Source of the DNA: a virus
Taxonomy: Duplodnaviria; Caudoviricetes
Length of the DNA: 64,000 bases
IMG/VR virus record: IMGVR_UViG_3300028888_000006
Span: 34,614-98,613 of that record
Reading direction: 5' to 3' (one strand)
How positions within the stretch are numbered: position 1 is the first letter of the stretch; the number at the start of each line of letters is the position of its first letter. Shown here piece by piece: positions 9,228 to 17,993 of the stretch. A program made the translations under genes and the position numbers. The notes under the pieces are model-generated. The model ran no database searches. It had not been told where the DNA came from and worked only from the letters and a program-made list of their open reading frames with translations.

Positions 9228-10760
9228 TTAAGCCTGAAGGATAGCGGGGATGAGGGAGACGCAACGGGTCGGATCGAGAATGATCAGACCGAGCGTAGCC
9301 TTGTAATGGACTACCGCGGAATCCTCGTCGTAGGAAGCGAAGTTGTTGTTCGTCTCGCCGGTGAACGGATTGGCGAACGGGCCCCACTGATAACCACGAA
9401 GTTCCGGCATGCCCTTCACCACGCACTTCTGCACATTCGGCTGGTCCTCGTCACCGGCATAGAAGATGTCGTAACGATAGGACTCGGCGGTACCGCCCAG
9501 CGGGTGCATGATCTTGTTGGTCTGGGTGTCATCCTTGGAGGAATCGATCATGATGGTGACCTCAAGACCGTTGGAAGAAACCCACTTCGTGACCTGAAGG
9601 TCGGCGATGGTAGCGGCGTTGCCGTTTGTGAAGTTGGTCTCCGGGCCCTTGGTGATGTAGGACGGGGCGGAAGCAGAATAGATAGGCATCCAGCCAGACA
9701 TCTCACGCTTCGCAGCCTTGGAGAACTGATCGGCACCATGCTCACCGGTACGAACGACGAACTTGCGGTTCTTAAAGTCCAGACGACCAGCGGAAAGACC
9801 CATCAGAGCATCCGTCATGAGGTCGATGGAGAACTTGTTGTAATACATTATGTTACCCTGAGCCTGCTGCTGGCGGAATCCGAAGCCCTGCTCATTGGGC
9901 AGACCGGAGATACCGAAGTTGGAAATCTCGCCATTCTCGAAGCGGGTGGAGACACCGCGATCGAGGGCGTTGTTCTTGTACTCGGCCCAGGTCTTCTCGA
10001 TTTCCCAAGTCACGTTGTAAATCCAGCGATCAACAGTGGTGCGCTGAATCTTGCCGTTGACTTCCTTGGTGATAGGGATGCGGCAGGCGAGACGCTTACC
10101 GAGTTCACGACCACCGATCTTGTGCTGGAGACGGACGCGGCTCCAACCCTGACGCATGGAAACGGGGGCGGAGAAGCGGACATCACCGACCTTGCGGGAG
10201 AAATCCTTCTCGATAGGAGCGTAAGCCCAGCTGAAGCGCTCACCGGCAAGCAGACGCTCGACGGGAATACCGTTGGCCATGTGAGCACCGAACGGCTCGA
10301 CAAGATAAACGGTGTTGGTGCCTTCGGCGTGACCAGCCTCCTTCACGATAACGGGATAATCCTCGTTGTAGTTGCCCCACAGGACTTCGCCGAGAGCAAA
10401 CCAGTCGGTCTGGAAAACGAGATAGAAAGGTTCGAAGCCGACGCCGACATTGTCAGTGCTGATGTTCGGATCGACCTTGGTGCCGTCACAACGACGGGCT
10501 TCGACGAGCGGGATAGCCCGGCGGGAGTTAGACGCGATGTTCCAGAAAAGATCGGAGTCGTCGTCATACTGACGCACGGGAACCTCGCGGGACAGATAGG
10601 TGTCGAGAGTCGGAAGCTGCATCTGACTCATGAGGACAACCATGATGTCACTGGCCATCTGAGGATTGGAACGGAAGATGTTATAAAGGTGATTGTCCTT
10701 CGTAACAGTTCCGCGCCAAGCGGTGATACCAGTCATAGCGTTTGTTAAGGGTCCTGGCAT
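9228..10760 (-). CDS. Major capsid protein
   Basis: 510 aa with crAss MCP motifs (FYLVFQTDWF, LLAGERFS, RTGEHGA, HPLGG..ESYRYDI, DPTR); highly biased codons. Confidence 0.9.
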   Translation of the reverse strand: MPGPLTNAMTGITAWRGTVTKDNHLYNIFRSNPQMASDIMVVLMSQMQLPTLDTYLSREVPVRQYDDDSDLFWNIASNSRRAIPLVEARRCDGTKVDPNISTDNVGVGFEPFYLVFQTDWFALGEVLWGNYNEDYPVIVKEAGHAEGTNTVYLVEPFGAHMANGIPVERLLAGERFSWAYAPIEKDFSRKVGDVRFSAPVSMRQGWSRVRLQHKIGGRELGKRLACRIPITKEVNGKIQRTTVDRWIYNVTWEIEKTWAEYKNNALDRGVSTRFENGEISNFGISGLPNEQGFGFRQQQAQGNIMYYNKFSIDLMTDALMGLSAGRLDFKNRKFVVRTGEHGADQFSKAAKREMSGWMPIYSASAPSYITKGPETNFTNGNAATIADLQVTKWVSSNGLEVTIMIDSSKDDTQTNKIMHPLGGTAESYRYDIFYAGDEDQPNVQKCVVKGMPELRGYQWGPFANPFTGETNNNFASYDEDSAVVHYKATLGLIILDPTRCVSLIPAILQA

Positions 10761-10810
10761 AATGCTATAAAGTTTGGTTAAACAAAAGTTTTTCTAATGG
10801 CCTCCGGCTT

Positions 10811-11941
10811 CTATCCCATGTCCACTTTCCATCCACCATCCAGCAGGTTCTCATTGCTGATACCCGTGCCGGACATGTACTTCAGTGAACCATCGGAATC
10901 GAAAGCCGAAGAGTTAATCTTTCTTTCAAGTTCACGGATGCCCTTGTTCTTCTCGGCGATTACCTGCTGTTTGGACAGACCGCTGAAATCCTTTCCGCCG
11001 TTGGTCAGGACGAACCACATCCCGATCTGCTTGAGGAATTCCATCGGATTCTCCTTCTGGAACTTCTGAACCTGCGTGAGCAACTGACCCGTATCAGGGT
11101 CCTTGTACACCGGTTTAGATACAGCATCGAAAACGCTCTGTCGCGTCTTCTTGTCCAGTTTGGTTTCGCCAAGAACAATGTCATCTTCAAGAATCATCTT
11201 ACGGAATTTCGCCTCATCCTGCTGACGAGCCTTCTTCATGTTCTCGGTCCGTTCCTTCGCATCCTTCTGGATCTTGTCATATCCATTCTGATAGAAGGTA
11301 CGCAGAGCCTCCAGAGCATCTTTCGCATCCTCGATATCGCTTCCGGACTTGAAGGACTTCTCCACTTCCTTCGTTGCCTTTTCCTGCGAATAGCCACGGT
11401 TGAGAAGGTCGTTGAAGATAAGCTCCTTCCGCAGGTTCTCTCCCTGTTCGCCCTCGTCGGAAATCGCTTCGTCATTCACGGAGCCGAGATAGGCGAGCGT
11501 CTGCTCGTACATTTTCACCGTATCAGGGGCAATTCCGTTTCCAAGAGCCTGGTCAATCCTTCTCTGCCGCTCGTCCATCTTTGACTGAATGGCCTTTTCG
11601 AAGAGTTCGCCGAATGCTTCCGGCGTAGTGACCGCTGATAATTCTTCGTCGCTGAACTCGGGAAAGATGCCATCATTCTTCAGAGCAGTGGCTATGGAAG
11701 AATAGATGGATGGAGAAGAACCATCACCCTGGGGACTGATGGCATTTTCCTCGTGTTCCTCTTCCTGACCTACTTTCTCCGAAGAACTTTCGTTCTCCTC
11801 GGTCGGCGTTTCTTTCTGTTCCTGTTCTTCCTCCGCAGGTTCTTCATTCATTTCCTGCAAAGGTTTCGTCTCATCAAAGAGCTTCTCGGCTTCCTCCGGA
11901 GAGAGAAGTCCGCTTGAAAAATCAAAACTAAATTCTTCCAT
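10811..11941 (-). CDS. Acidic scaffold-like protein
   Basis: Very acidic, helical; immediately upstream of MCP; likely start MEEFSFD. Confidence 0.65.
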   Translation of the reverse strand: MEEFSFDFSSGLLSPEEAEKLFDETKPLQEMNEEPAEEEQEQKETPTEENESSSEKVGQEEEHEENAISPQGDGSSPSIYSSIATALKNDGIFPEFSDEELSAVTTPEAFGELFEKAIQSKMDERQRRIDQALGNGIAPDTVKMYEQTLAYLGSVNDEAISDEGEQGENLRKELIFNDLLNRGYSQEKATKEVEKSFKSGSDIEDAKDALEALRTFYQNGYDKIQKDAKERTENMKKARQQDEAKFRKMILEDDIVLGETKLDKKTRQSVFDAVSKPVYKDPDTGQLLTQVQKFQKENPMEFLKQIGMWFVLTNGGKDFSGLSKQQVIAEKNKGIRELERKINSSAFDSDGSLKYMSGTGISNENLLDGGWKVDMG

Positions 11942-11987
11942 TTTTTCTCCTTTTGGTTTGCACAAATTTATCGAAAGGCGATAATGA

Positions 11988-12022
11988 AATTACCGCCATA
12001 AGCGATTTGCTTGGCGGTAATT
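11988..12022. terminator. Long hairpin, probable terminator
   Basis: aattaccgcca...tggcggtaatt inverted repeat between the DUF1064-like and scaffold genes. Confidence 0.55.
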
Positions 12023-12052
12023 AAGAATGTTATTTATTGTAAAATGAACCAG

Positions 12053-12436
12053 TTACATCCGAACGATTTCGACGGTTATTCCATGAACAGCCTGCATCAG
12101 TTTCCATTTCAGTCGAAATCCCTCAGTCAATGGAGCCGTTTTCCCTTTGACATCAACCACATGTTCCTTGCCTGTTTTCGTCTCAACATACACAAAATCA
12201 GCAAGATAGTGAGTCGCCTTCTGAATAGAATACTTGACCTGCTTGGTCTTCGTCTTCAGCTGGACGGTCCGTTCTCCCCACACGGCAGGAATAATTTCGT
12301 ACGGCACCTGCATACGGAGATTGGATATCTCACCGTTCTCCTGTAACTGTTTCAGATACAAGTAATAATTGCCTTCCTTAGTAGAGATGAACTTAATCCC
12401 GTCATAGACGACGGGTTTGTTATGATACTTCGACAT
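12053..12436 (-). CDS. DUF1064-family PD-(D/E)xK endonuclease
   Basis: MSKYHNK..DGIKF.S.KE; YLADFVY; VVDVKG. Confidence 0.8.
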   Translation of the reverse strand: MSKYHNKPVVYDGIKFISTKEGNYYLYLKQLQENGEISNLRMQVPYEIIPAVWGERTVQLKTKTKQVKYSIQKATHYLADFVYVETKTGKEHVVDVKGKTAPLTEGFRLKWKLMQAVHGITVEIVRM

Positions 12437-12450
12437 CTATCTTATTCAAA

Positions 12451-12897
12451 TTATTTGATGATTTTTAGAATAGGCAACCAGTATTTTCTAAATATCCATA
12501 GAAGGCTTAGAATAAGACCAGCAAGAAGCCACCAGAAAGAGTTAATCTTCATCTTCTGACCGATTGTCAACTCACGCTCGATCTTTTTCTCTACAGTAGT
12601 TGTATCATGGACTTCGCGAATGCTTATGCTGTCACGCCATCTATCCCTGAACACATATCTGTCCTTGTACTTCTCGACATAGACCGTATCGCCTTTCAAC
12701 CATTCACGGATGTAAATAGAATCGCGTGTAATCAGCGTATCACGATGATGGACATCTTGATAGACATACTCTACCTTTATCTTTTCTGCGATCTCAGGGG
12801 AACAACCGGGGAGAGCCTGAAACGAACACAATAAAATAAACACTAATAAAATACTAATGCCTCTCCCCGGCTTCCCTAAGTGCAGGCTATTGTCCAT
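12451..12897 (-). CDS. Unimolecular-spanin-like lipoprotein
   Basis: Signal peptide with lipobox-like LPGC, beta-rich middle, C-terminal TM helix; adjacent to endolysin. Confidence 0.65.
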   Translation of the reverse strand: MDNSLHLGKPGRGISILLVFILLCSFQALPGCSPEIAEKIKVEYVYQDVHHRDTLITRDSIYIREWLKGDTVYVEKYKDRYVFRDRWRDSISIREVHDTTTVEKKIERELTIGQKMKINSFWWLLAGLILSLLWIFRKYWLPILKIIK

Positions 12898-12994
12898 CCT
12901 TCAAAACCTAAATTGACAGATGCGAATTCGTACGCGGCGGCATAATCTTCGTATGGCCCGAAACACCTCTCATCACTTGTAATCACCCAGTAGT

Positions 12995-13441
12995 TCATGC
13001 TCTGAATCCGTAAACCTTCTGTTTCACACCATACTGAGGCAACACATCAAAGTGAAGCCAACTGACGCCTTCCTCGACGCGAACATTGCACGGAAGGAGA
13101 CTCGCTTTTTCCTTGATCTTCATTCTCGCCTGCTCCGCAGTCATTCCGGTAATGTCGAAATCACCAGCCTTTCCAAGACAGTGAGCGGAAAGATAGACGC
13201 CAGACTTACCACGCACGACAGAACACCGATTGCACCGGAGACCACGCTCGGTCTTCCCCTTCCCGTTGCACCACATGGGGCGCTGGAGGATGTCCCGCCG
13301 GATAATCAGCAAGCAGTGCAGGAAATCGGTGTCCAGGAATTGCCAAGAAGCCTGTCCCCACTTCGCAAGCGTGTGAGGACAGACGAGTTCATCAATGTCA
13401 AAGTACGGCCTGATCGCTAAAAGTATCTCGTTGCGAGTCAT
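12995..13441 (-). CDS. Endolysin, peptidase M15-type
   Basis: RGLRC...SAHCLGKAGDF...WLHFD zinc motifs. Confidence 0.8.
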   Translation of the reverse strand: MTRNEILLAIRPYFDIDELVCPHTLAKWGQASWQFLDTDFLHCLLIIRRDILQRPMWCNGKGKTERGLRCNRCSVVRGKSGVYLSAHCLGKAGDFDITGMTAEQARMKIKEKASLLPCNVRVEEGVSWLHFDVLPQYGVKQKVYGFRA

Positions 13442-13887
13442 TCAGATACCTCCTTCACAAACTGGCCCTTGTCATTGCGGGCCTGATTGGATGCATTGAT
13501 GCTTCTCCGGCTCGGGACCACATCGGGGCGAATCTCGCGGACTGCATCACGAAGTTCTTCATTTTCTTTCCGCAACCGGCTGTTCTCATCGCGGAGCTCC
13601 GCCACCTCTTTTTTTAACGCTTCGTTTTCATCCTTGACCGCAGAAACATCATCGCGCAAGTCCTTGATATCGTCCTTCAGGCTGTTGATTGTAGACTGAT
13701 AGACTTCATCAATCATCTTGCGTATGTTCTCGATCTGGGCATTCTTGGCCTCCTCGACTGTCTTGTCGGCTTCGGCTTTGCCCTGTTTGACGCGTGACTT
13801 CACCGTCAGTATCCTGACGAGCCAGCCACCAGCAATGATGACGGCTATGATGTCAACGATAATTCTAAAAATGTCCAACTTTTCCAT
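13438..13887 (-). CDS. Holin-like membrane protein with coiled coil
   Basis: N-terminal TM plus long heptad region; overlaps the endolysin start. Confidence 0.5.
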   Translation of the reverse strand: MEKLDIFRIIVDIIAVIIAGGWLVRILTVKSRVKQGKAEADKTVEEAKNAQIENIRKMIDEVYQSTINSLKDDIKDLRDDVSAVKDENEALKKEVAELRDENSRLRKENEELRDAVREIRPDVVPSRRSINASNQARNDKGQFVKEVSE

Positions 13888-13904
13888 ATAGAATAGTTTT
13901 AATG

Positions 13905-14321
13905 TTATTCCTCAAGAACACCGCAGTCGACAAGGATTGCGATCTGCTCAAGATTGATTTCCTCGCCCGGGATAGAAGCGACGAACTTGTCCATTTCCAC
14001 GGGCTTGATTGACGCTTCCATTTCCGTCTCATCTATCTTCTGAAGAATAAGATTGGTTTCATCAACAGCCTTGAGATAATCGTCATGGCCTTCGACGGGC
14101 TGCTTTTTCTTGCGAAGTTCAATTACGGCATTGCGTTCTTCCTTCCAGTCTTCCTGAAACTTCATGACAAGTTCCTGCTTGTCAGCCTCAACATCCTTGA
14201 CAATCTTACGGAGTGCAAGATAACTCATAAGGATGCCGCTCTTGATGTCAGAATCGGAAATCTTGCACAGCTTGATACCGGCAAGAATGTCAACGAGTGT
14301 TTTGATTTCAAAATACTTCAT
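13905..14321 (-). CDS. Hypothetical protein
   Basis: 138-aa ORF, operonic spacing. Confidence 0.6.
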   Translation of the reverse strand: MKYFEIKTLVDILAGIKLCKISDSDIKSGILMSYLALRKIVKDVEADKQELVMKFQEDWKEERNAVIELRKKKQPVEGHDDYLKAVDETNLILQKIDETEMEASIKPVEMDKFVASIPGEEINLEQIAILVDCGVLEE

Positions 14322-14326
14322 ATAAC

Positions 14327-14536
14327 TTATTTTATTCCACCATTTTCCTTTATGGTCTTTTCGATAGACTTTGCAGCGCGATAAATCGCGTAGCCGTTAG
14401 CAACGAAAAGAAGACCGGCAATGACATCGAGAACATGTTTTGTTTCAACACTCCAAACTGCGGCGCAAGTAACGGCAGTCATAAGGCCGTAAATAAACAG
14501 AGCTCCTACGAGCAAAAACATTTTAGATGATTTCAT
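14327..14536 (-). CDS. Small two-TM membrane protein
   Basis: Two hydrophobic segments. Confidence 0.55.
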   Translation of the reverse strand: MKSSKMFLLVGALFIYGLMTAVTCAAVWSVETKHVLDVIAGLLFVANGYAIYRAAKSIEKTIKENGGIK

Positions 14537-14547
14537 ATCTCAGATAA

Positions 14548-15837
14548 TTAACTTGCGGTAAATGTGAATGTACCAATTCTTTGATTATTACCAGGAGTTG
14601 CAGTAACATCAAGTAATATCGTATAACTCTGGCCGCTAACAAACGAAGGGATATTTTCGAAATCATTACCTTCTCCACAAGTCATCGTTACAGATACAGT
14701 AGAATCATTTGTAGGAACCAAGACATTCTTTTGACAGGAATCTGTCGCAGAGCCTCCAACAAGAATACTTGCCGTAAGAACACCAGAACCTCTTTCTGTG
14801 GTTCCAAGGCGTTCTACACTGAATGTTGCCGTCACAACATTATTGCTGCAAGACGCACCGGTAGGAGCAAGAACAAGACCCGTAACGCTGGTAATAAGAT
14901 TCACATTCACTCCAATGGCGCCAGGCAAGGCAATAGGAGTATAGCTGGAAAGTATACTGTCAGAGCAGTCAATCCAATACTGAGAAAGATCCTGCGTACC
15001 AAGTCTGTCAAGAGCAATGCCGCTAGAAGATGAAGACCTGAGAAGGACGATTGTTGCAGTAAGACCAGTCTGCGCACTTGTCCAAGGAGAAGCTGTCGGA
15101 TGATTACTATAAACCAATTTGGTCATATCAACCATCCATGTTCCGCTCGTATAGGAATTCTGATAATACAAAGGGCGAGGAGCATGATTGGGATCATCTT
15201 CGAAACCAAGAGCGGTAATATATCCGTCAATGATTATGCACGGATACATTTCGGCCAACGCCGCCTGCTTATTCTCGCTGGCAATCAGAATATCAGACAA
15301 GTCGACACCGGTTTGATTTGATTCGGAATATCCGACTGTGATCCCGGTAATCCCGTTTACGGAATCATAGTAACCAGTAATAGTCCCAGCAGAATTAAAG
15401 GAGGCGTAAGGATTAGGAACGGCATTAGAACTGTATCCGTCCCAGTCATGAAAACGGAATGCTTCTCCCTGAGAAAAGCCACGAGGCGGAAGATATGTGA
15501 AATCAGAATCGTGGATATTATCCCAAGTAGCGGTGTCTTGCGTAATTTGTACATCAGACAACTGAAGTCCGTAATAGATACCGGCATTATTGTCTATTAC
15601 AGTTCCTTTGCGCATTGCATCAGTAAGAATACCAAGATATGGGACCTTTGTGTTTCCGCTCATGGTATAATACCGAATAGGCTTATACTTTGCCCACTTG
15701 TTTATATTGGAACTCCGTTCAAGATTCCCGATATCATTGCTGTTGTCGGGCAGAACAACCTGTGCGTCATTGATACTGATACCGGTATCCGGATTGGTAC
15801 TGGTATCGATATATATCCGTGTTGATGTATGTGCCAT
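14548..15837 (-). CDS. Putative fibre-associated structural protein
   Basis: INKWAKYKP...FRFHDWDGY N-terminal motif; S/T-rich beta C-terminus; follows fibre gene. Confidence 0.55.
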   Translation of the reverse strand: MAHTSTRIYIDTSTNPDTGISINDAQVVLPDNSNDIGNLERSSNINKWAKYKPIRYYTMSGNTKVPYLGILTDAMRKGTVIDNNAGIYYGLQLSDVQITQDTATWDNIHDSDFTYLPPRGFSQGEAFRFHDWDGYSSNAVPNPYASFNSAGTITGYYDSVNGITGITVGYSESNQTGVDLSDILIASENKQAALAEMYPCIIIDGYITALGFEDDPNHAPRPLYYQNSYTSGTWMVDMTKLVYSNHPTASPWTSAQTGLTATIVLLRSSSSSGIALDRLGTQDLSQYWIDCSDSILSSYTPIALPGAIGVNVNLITSVTGLVLAPTGASCSNNVVTATFSVERLGTTERGSGVLTASILVGGSATDSCQKNVLVPTNDSTVSVTMTCGEGNDFENIPSFVSGQSYTILLDVTATPGNNQRIGTFTFTAS

Positions 15838-15859
15838 AGTTATTCGTCCTTTATGTTAA

Positions 15860-17986
15860 TTACTGAGTTCCACCAGCCGCAATCCAACCGTCGGCATACA
15901 GATTACCATTGACGTGCAGGGCGCCATTGTCGTATGTGAGCGTAACGCCGCCAATTGTAACGCTTGTAGAGAAATCTGCATCAACGCCATAGACATCAGA
16001 GAATCGCTTCGAAGAACTACCAAGCGCGGAGGTATTGTTAGATGCCGGTAACAGATCTACGGAACTAAGCGTAACATCGTTGGTAGAGAAAGTCTTTGCG
16101 CCGGTAATGGTCTGCGTTGTTCCCTTCGTAACGTATATATCTGAAAGGTTCTTGATGAAATGACCTATAGTACCGCTGGAATAAGACGCGCTGTCATCAT
16201 ATCCAATATGGGCTGCATTAGTAGGGATATTGAAACTTGCAGTCCCAGAGGCGGGATTGTAATTCCCAGCAGTGAACGCACCGGCGGCAAGAGAAAGCTG
16301 ATAAATATCGATATCAACATTCCCGGATGTACCAATCGACGTCCCGTTTACGGAAACGCCGGTAATTGTGCCAATGTTACTCGTCTTCGAATTCCAATTG
16401 GAAATATCAGATGAGGTTATACCATAAGCGGCATCATCATCAGTCATGACAGTGCCAAGATCAACAAGACCAGAAGAACCGACAACTGCACCATTCATCC
16501 TGATACCAGTTATCGTTCCTACATTTGAAGTCTTGCTGTTCCAGTTAGTAATATCAGACGATGTAATTCCATAAGCGGCAGAAGCTGCAAATACAGGATC
16601 CGTTTCAACTGAAGGAGTATCACCTCCGCCAACAGGGGCGATAATATCGTAAGACGTTCCGCCAGTTCCACCAATTCTGATAGTGGCAACACGAACGCCC
16701 TGAGAAGCAGGGAGAAGATTGCTGATTTCAACGGAACCGCCAGCTGCATTCCATCTCGAAATATCGCTCGTGGTAATGCCATACGCGGGGCTCGCGGTAA
16801 AAATCGGATCGGTTTCAGAGACGGGTCCACTTCCCGCAACCGAAAGCACGCCATTGGTAATGCTTAATCCACTACCTACGATAATGCCACCCGGAGTAGA
16901 AGTTGTTGCATACTTAAGCGATATCTGCCCACTTGTAATATCAATACCAGCGCCAGGAGTATAAGAACCGCCACCTCCACCAGAGCCACCAGAACCTATA
17001 CCGCCAGCAGCGATCCATCCATCGGCATATAAGTTCCCGTGGAAATACCATGCTCCATATTCTTCTTTCCATTCGACCTTAGAAGTAGAACTTGTAAGCT
17101 GGAATGATTTAACGCCAGTAAGGTCCTGAGCTTCAGAGGTGGTGCGAACAGGCGTGGTTCCGATATAGCCAGAAACACCACCACCGCCTCCACCCGTAAC
17201 AAGTTTAGCTACCCACTTGGAGGCGGAAGAACTATAGACGAGACTATCTCCATCCTGAACGGCGCTACCATCAGCACGAAGAACTTTCTGGCCGTCATTC
17301 TTGACGTCAAGAAGCTGACGGAGATAGCTCGAGCCGCTGGGACCAGTACCTCCGGGAACAATAACATACGCTCTTCCTTCGCCATCAAGTCGAACAGCAT
17401 AGTCATTACTACCGGTTTCCTGATAGCCAAGAAGAATACCTCCAAGTCTATCAGATGTGGCAGGCTGAAGATTGAATGTACTCGTAACAGACAGTGTACC
17501 ATCAGGTAATATATCGAGACCGCCGCCAACACGGATACCCCCTAGACGAGAAGCCGTAGCGGTAGGCAGTTCGTACTGAGAAGAATCACCGGGATCACCT
17601 TTTGGACCTTGTGGCCCAGTAGGACCAGCAGGACCCTGAGGACCAGTAGCGCCGGTAGCACCAGTGGCTCCGGTGGCGCCAGTAGCACCAGTATTACCTT
17701 TTTCTCCCTTCAGTGATGCAAGGAAGTCGGCCTCGGTTCCAGTATGGCCTTCGTCAAGCCAAATCTGATAAGCGGATTTGCCATCCTGCCCGGATGCGAT
17801 ATCATCAGGAAGATAGTCATGGATGAGCTTCCGAACACCAATCTTCTTGTTGATGCCCTCCTGAACGATGGCAACTATCTCGTCACCGTCTAGTTCGTGA
17901 GCAACAGGAAGGTCCGTGTCGCGAACTCCCATTGTGGCAAGCTGCTTGCGGATTTCCTCAATCTGTGCTTTGGTAAAGTATTTCAT
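15860..17986 (-). CDS. Head/tail fibre protein with collagen-like and internal repeats
   Basis: GKSAYQIW + Gly-X-Y repeats; LPTATASRLGGI-type repeats; ETDP.F.AS.AYGIT.SDI..WN repeats; GNLYADGWIAAGG twice. Confidence 0.75.
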   Translation of the reverse strand: MKYFTKAQIEEIRKQLATMGVRDTDLPVAHELDGDEIVAIVQEGINKKIGVRKLIHDYLPDDIASGQDGKSAYQIWLDEGHTGTEADFLASLKGEKGNTGATGATGATGATGATGPQGPAGPTGPQGPKGDPGDSSQYELPTATASRLGGIRVGGGLDILPDGTLSVTSTFNLQPATSDRLGGILLGYQETGSNDYAVRLDGEGRAYVIVPGGTGPSGSSYLRQLLDVKNDGQKVLRADGSAVQDGDSLVYSSSASKWVAKLVTGGGGGGVSGYIGTTPVRTTSEAQDLTGVKSFQLTSSTSKVEWKEEYGAWYFHGNLYADGWIAAGGIGSGGSGGGGGSYTPGAGIDITSGQISLKYATTSTPGGIIVGSGLSITNGVLSVAGSGPVSETDPIFTASPAYGITTSDISRWNAAGGSVEISNLLPASQGVRVATIRIGGTGGTSYDIIAPVGGGDTPSVETDPVFAASAAYGITSSDITNWNSKTSNVGTITGIRMNGAVVGSSGLVDLGTVMTDDDAAYGITSSDISNWNSKTSNIGTITGVSVNGTSIGTSGNVDIDIYQLSLAAGAFTAGNYNPASGTASFNIPTNAAHIGYDDSASYSSGTIGHFIKNLSDIYVTKGTTQTITGAKTFSTNDVTLSSVDLLPASNNTSALGSSSKRFSDVYGVDADFSTSVTIGGVTLTYDNGALHVNGNLYADGWIAAGGTQ

Positions 17987-17993
17987 ATCTTAT

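Noticed and set aside
6541-10748. Long plus-strand ORFs opposite the capsid genes (also 33796..35664 and 56095..57297)
   Set aside because: Antisense shadows of codon-biased real genes; no protein-like motifs.
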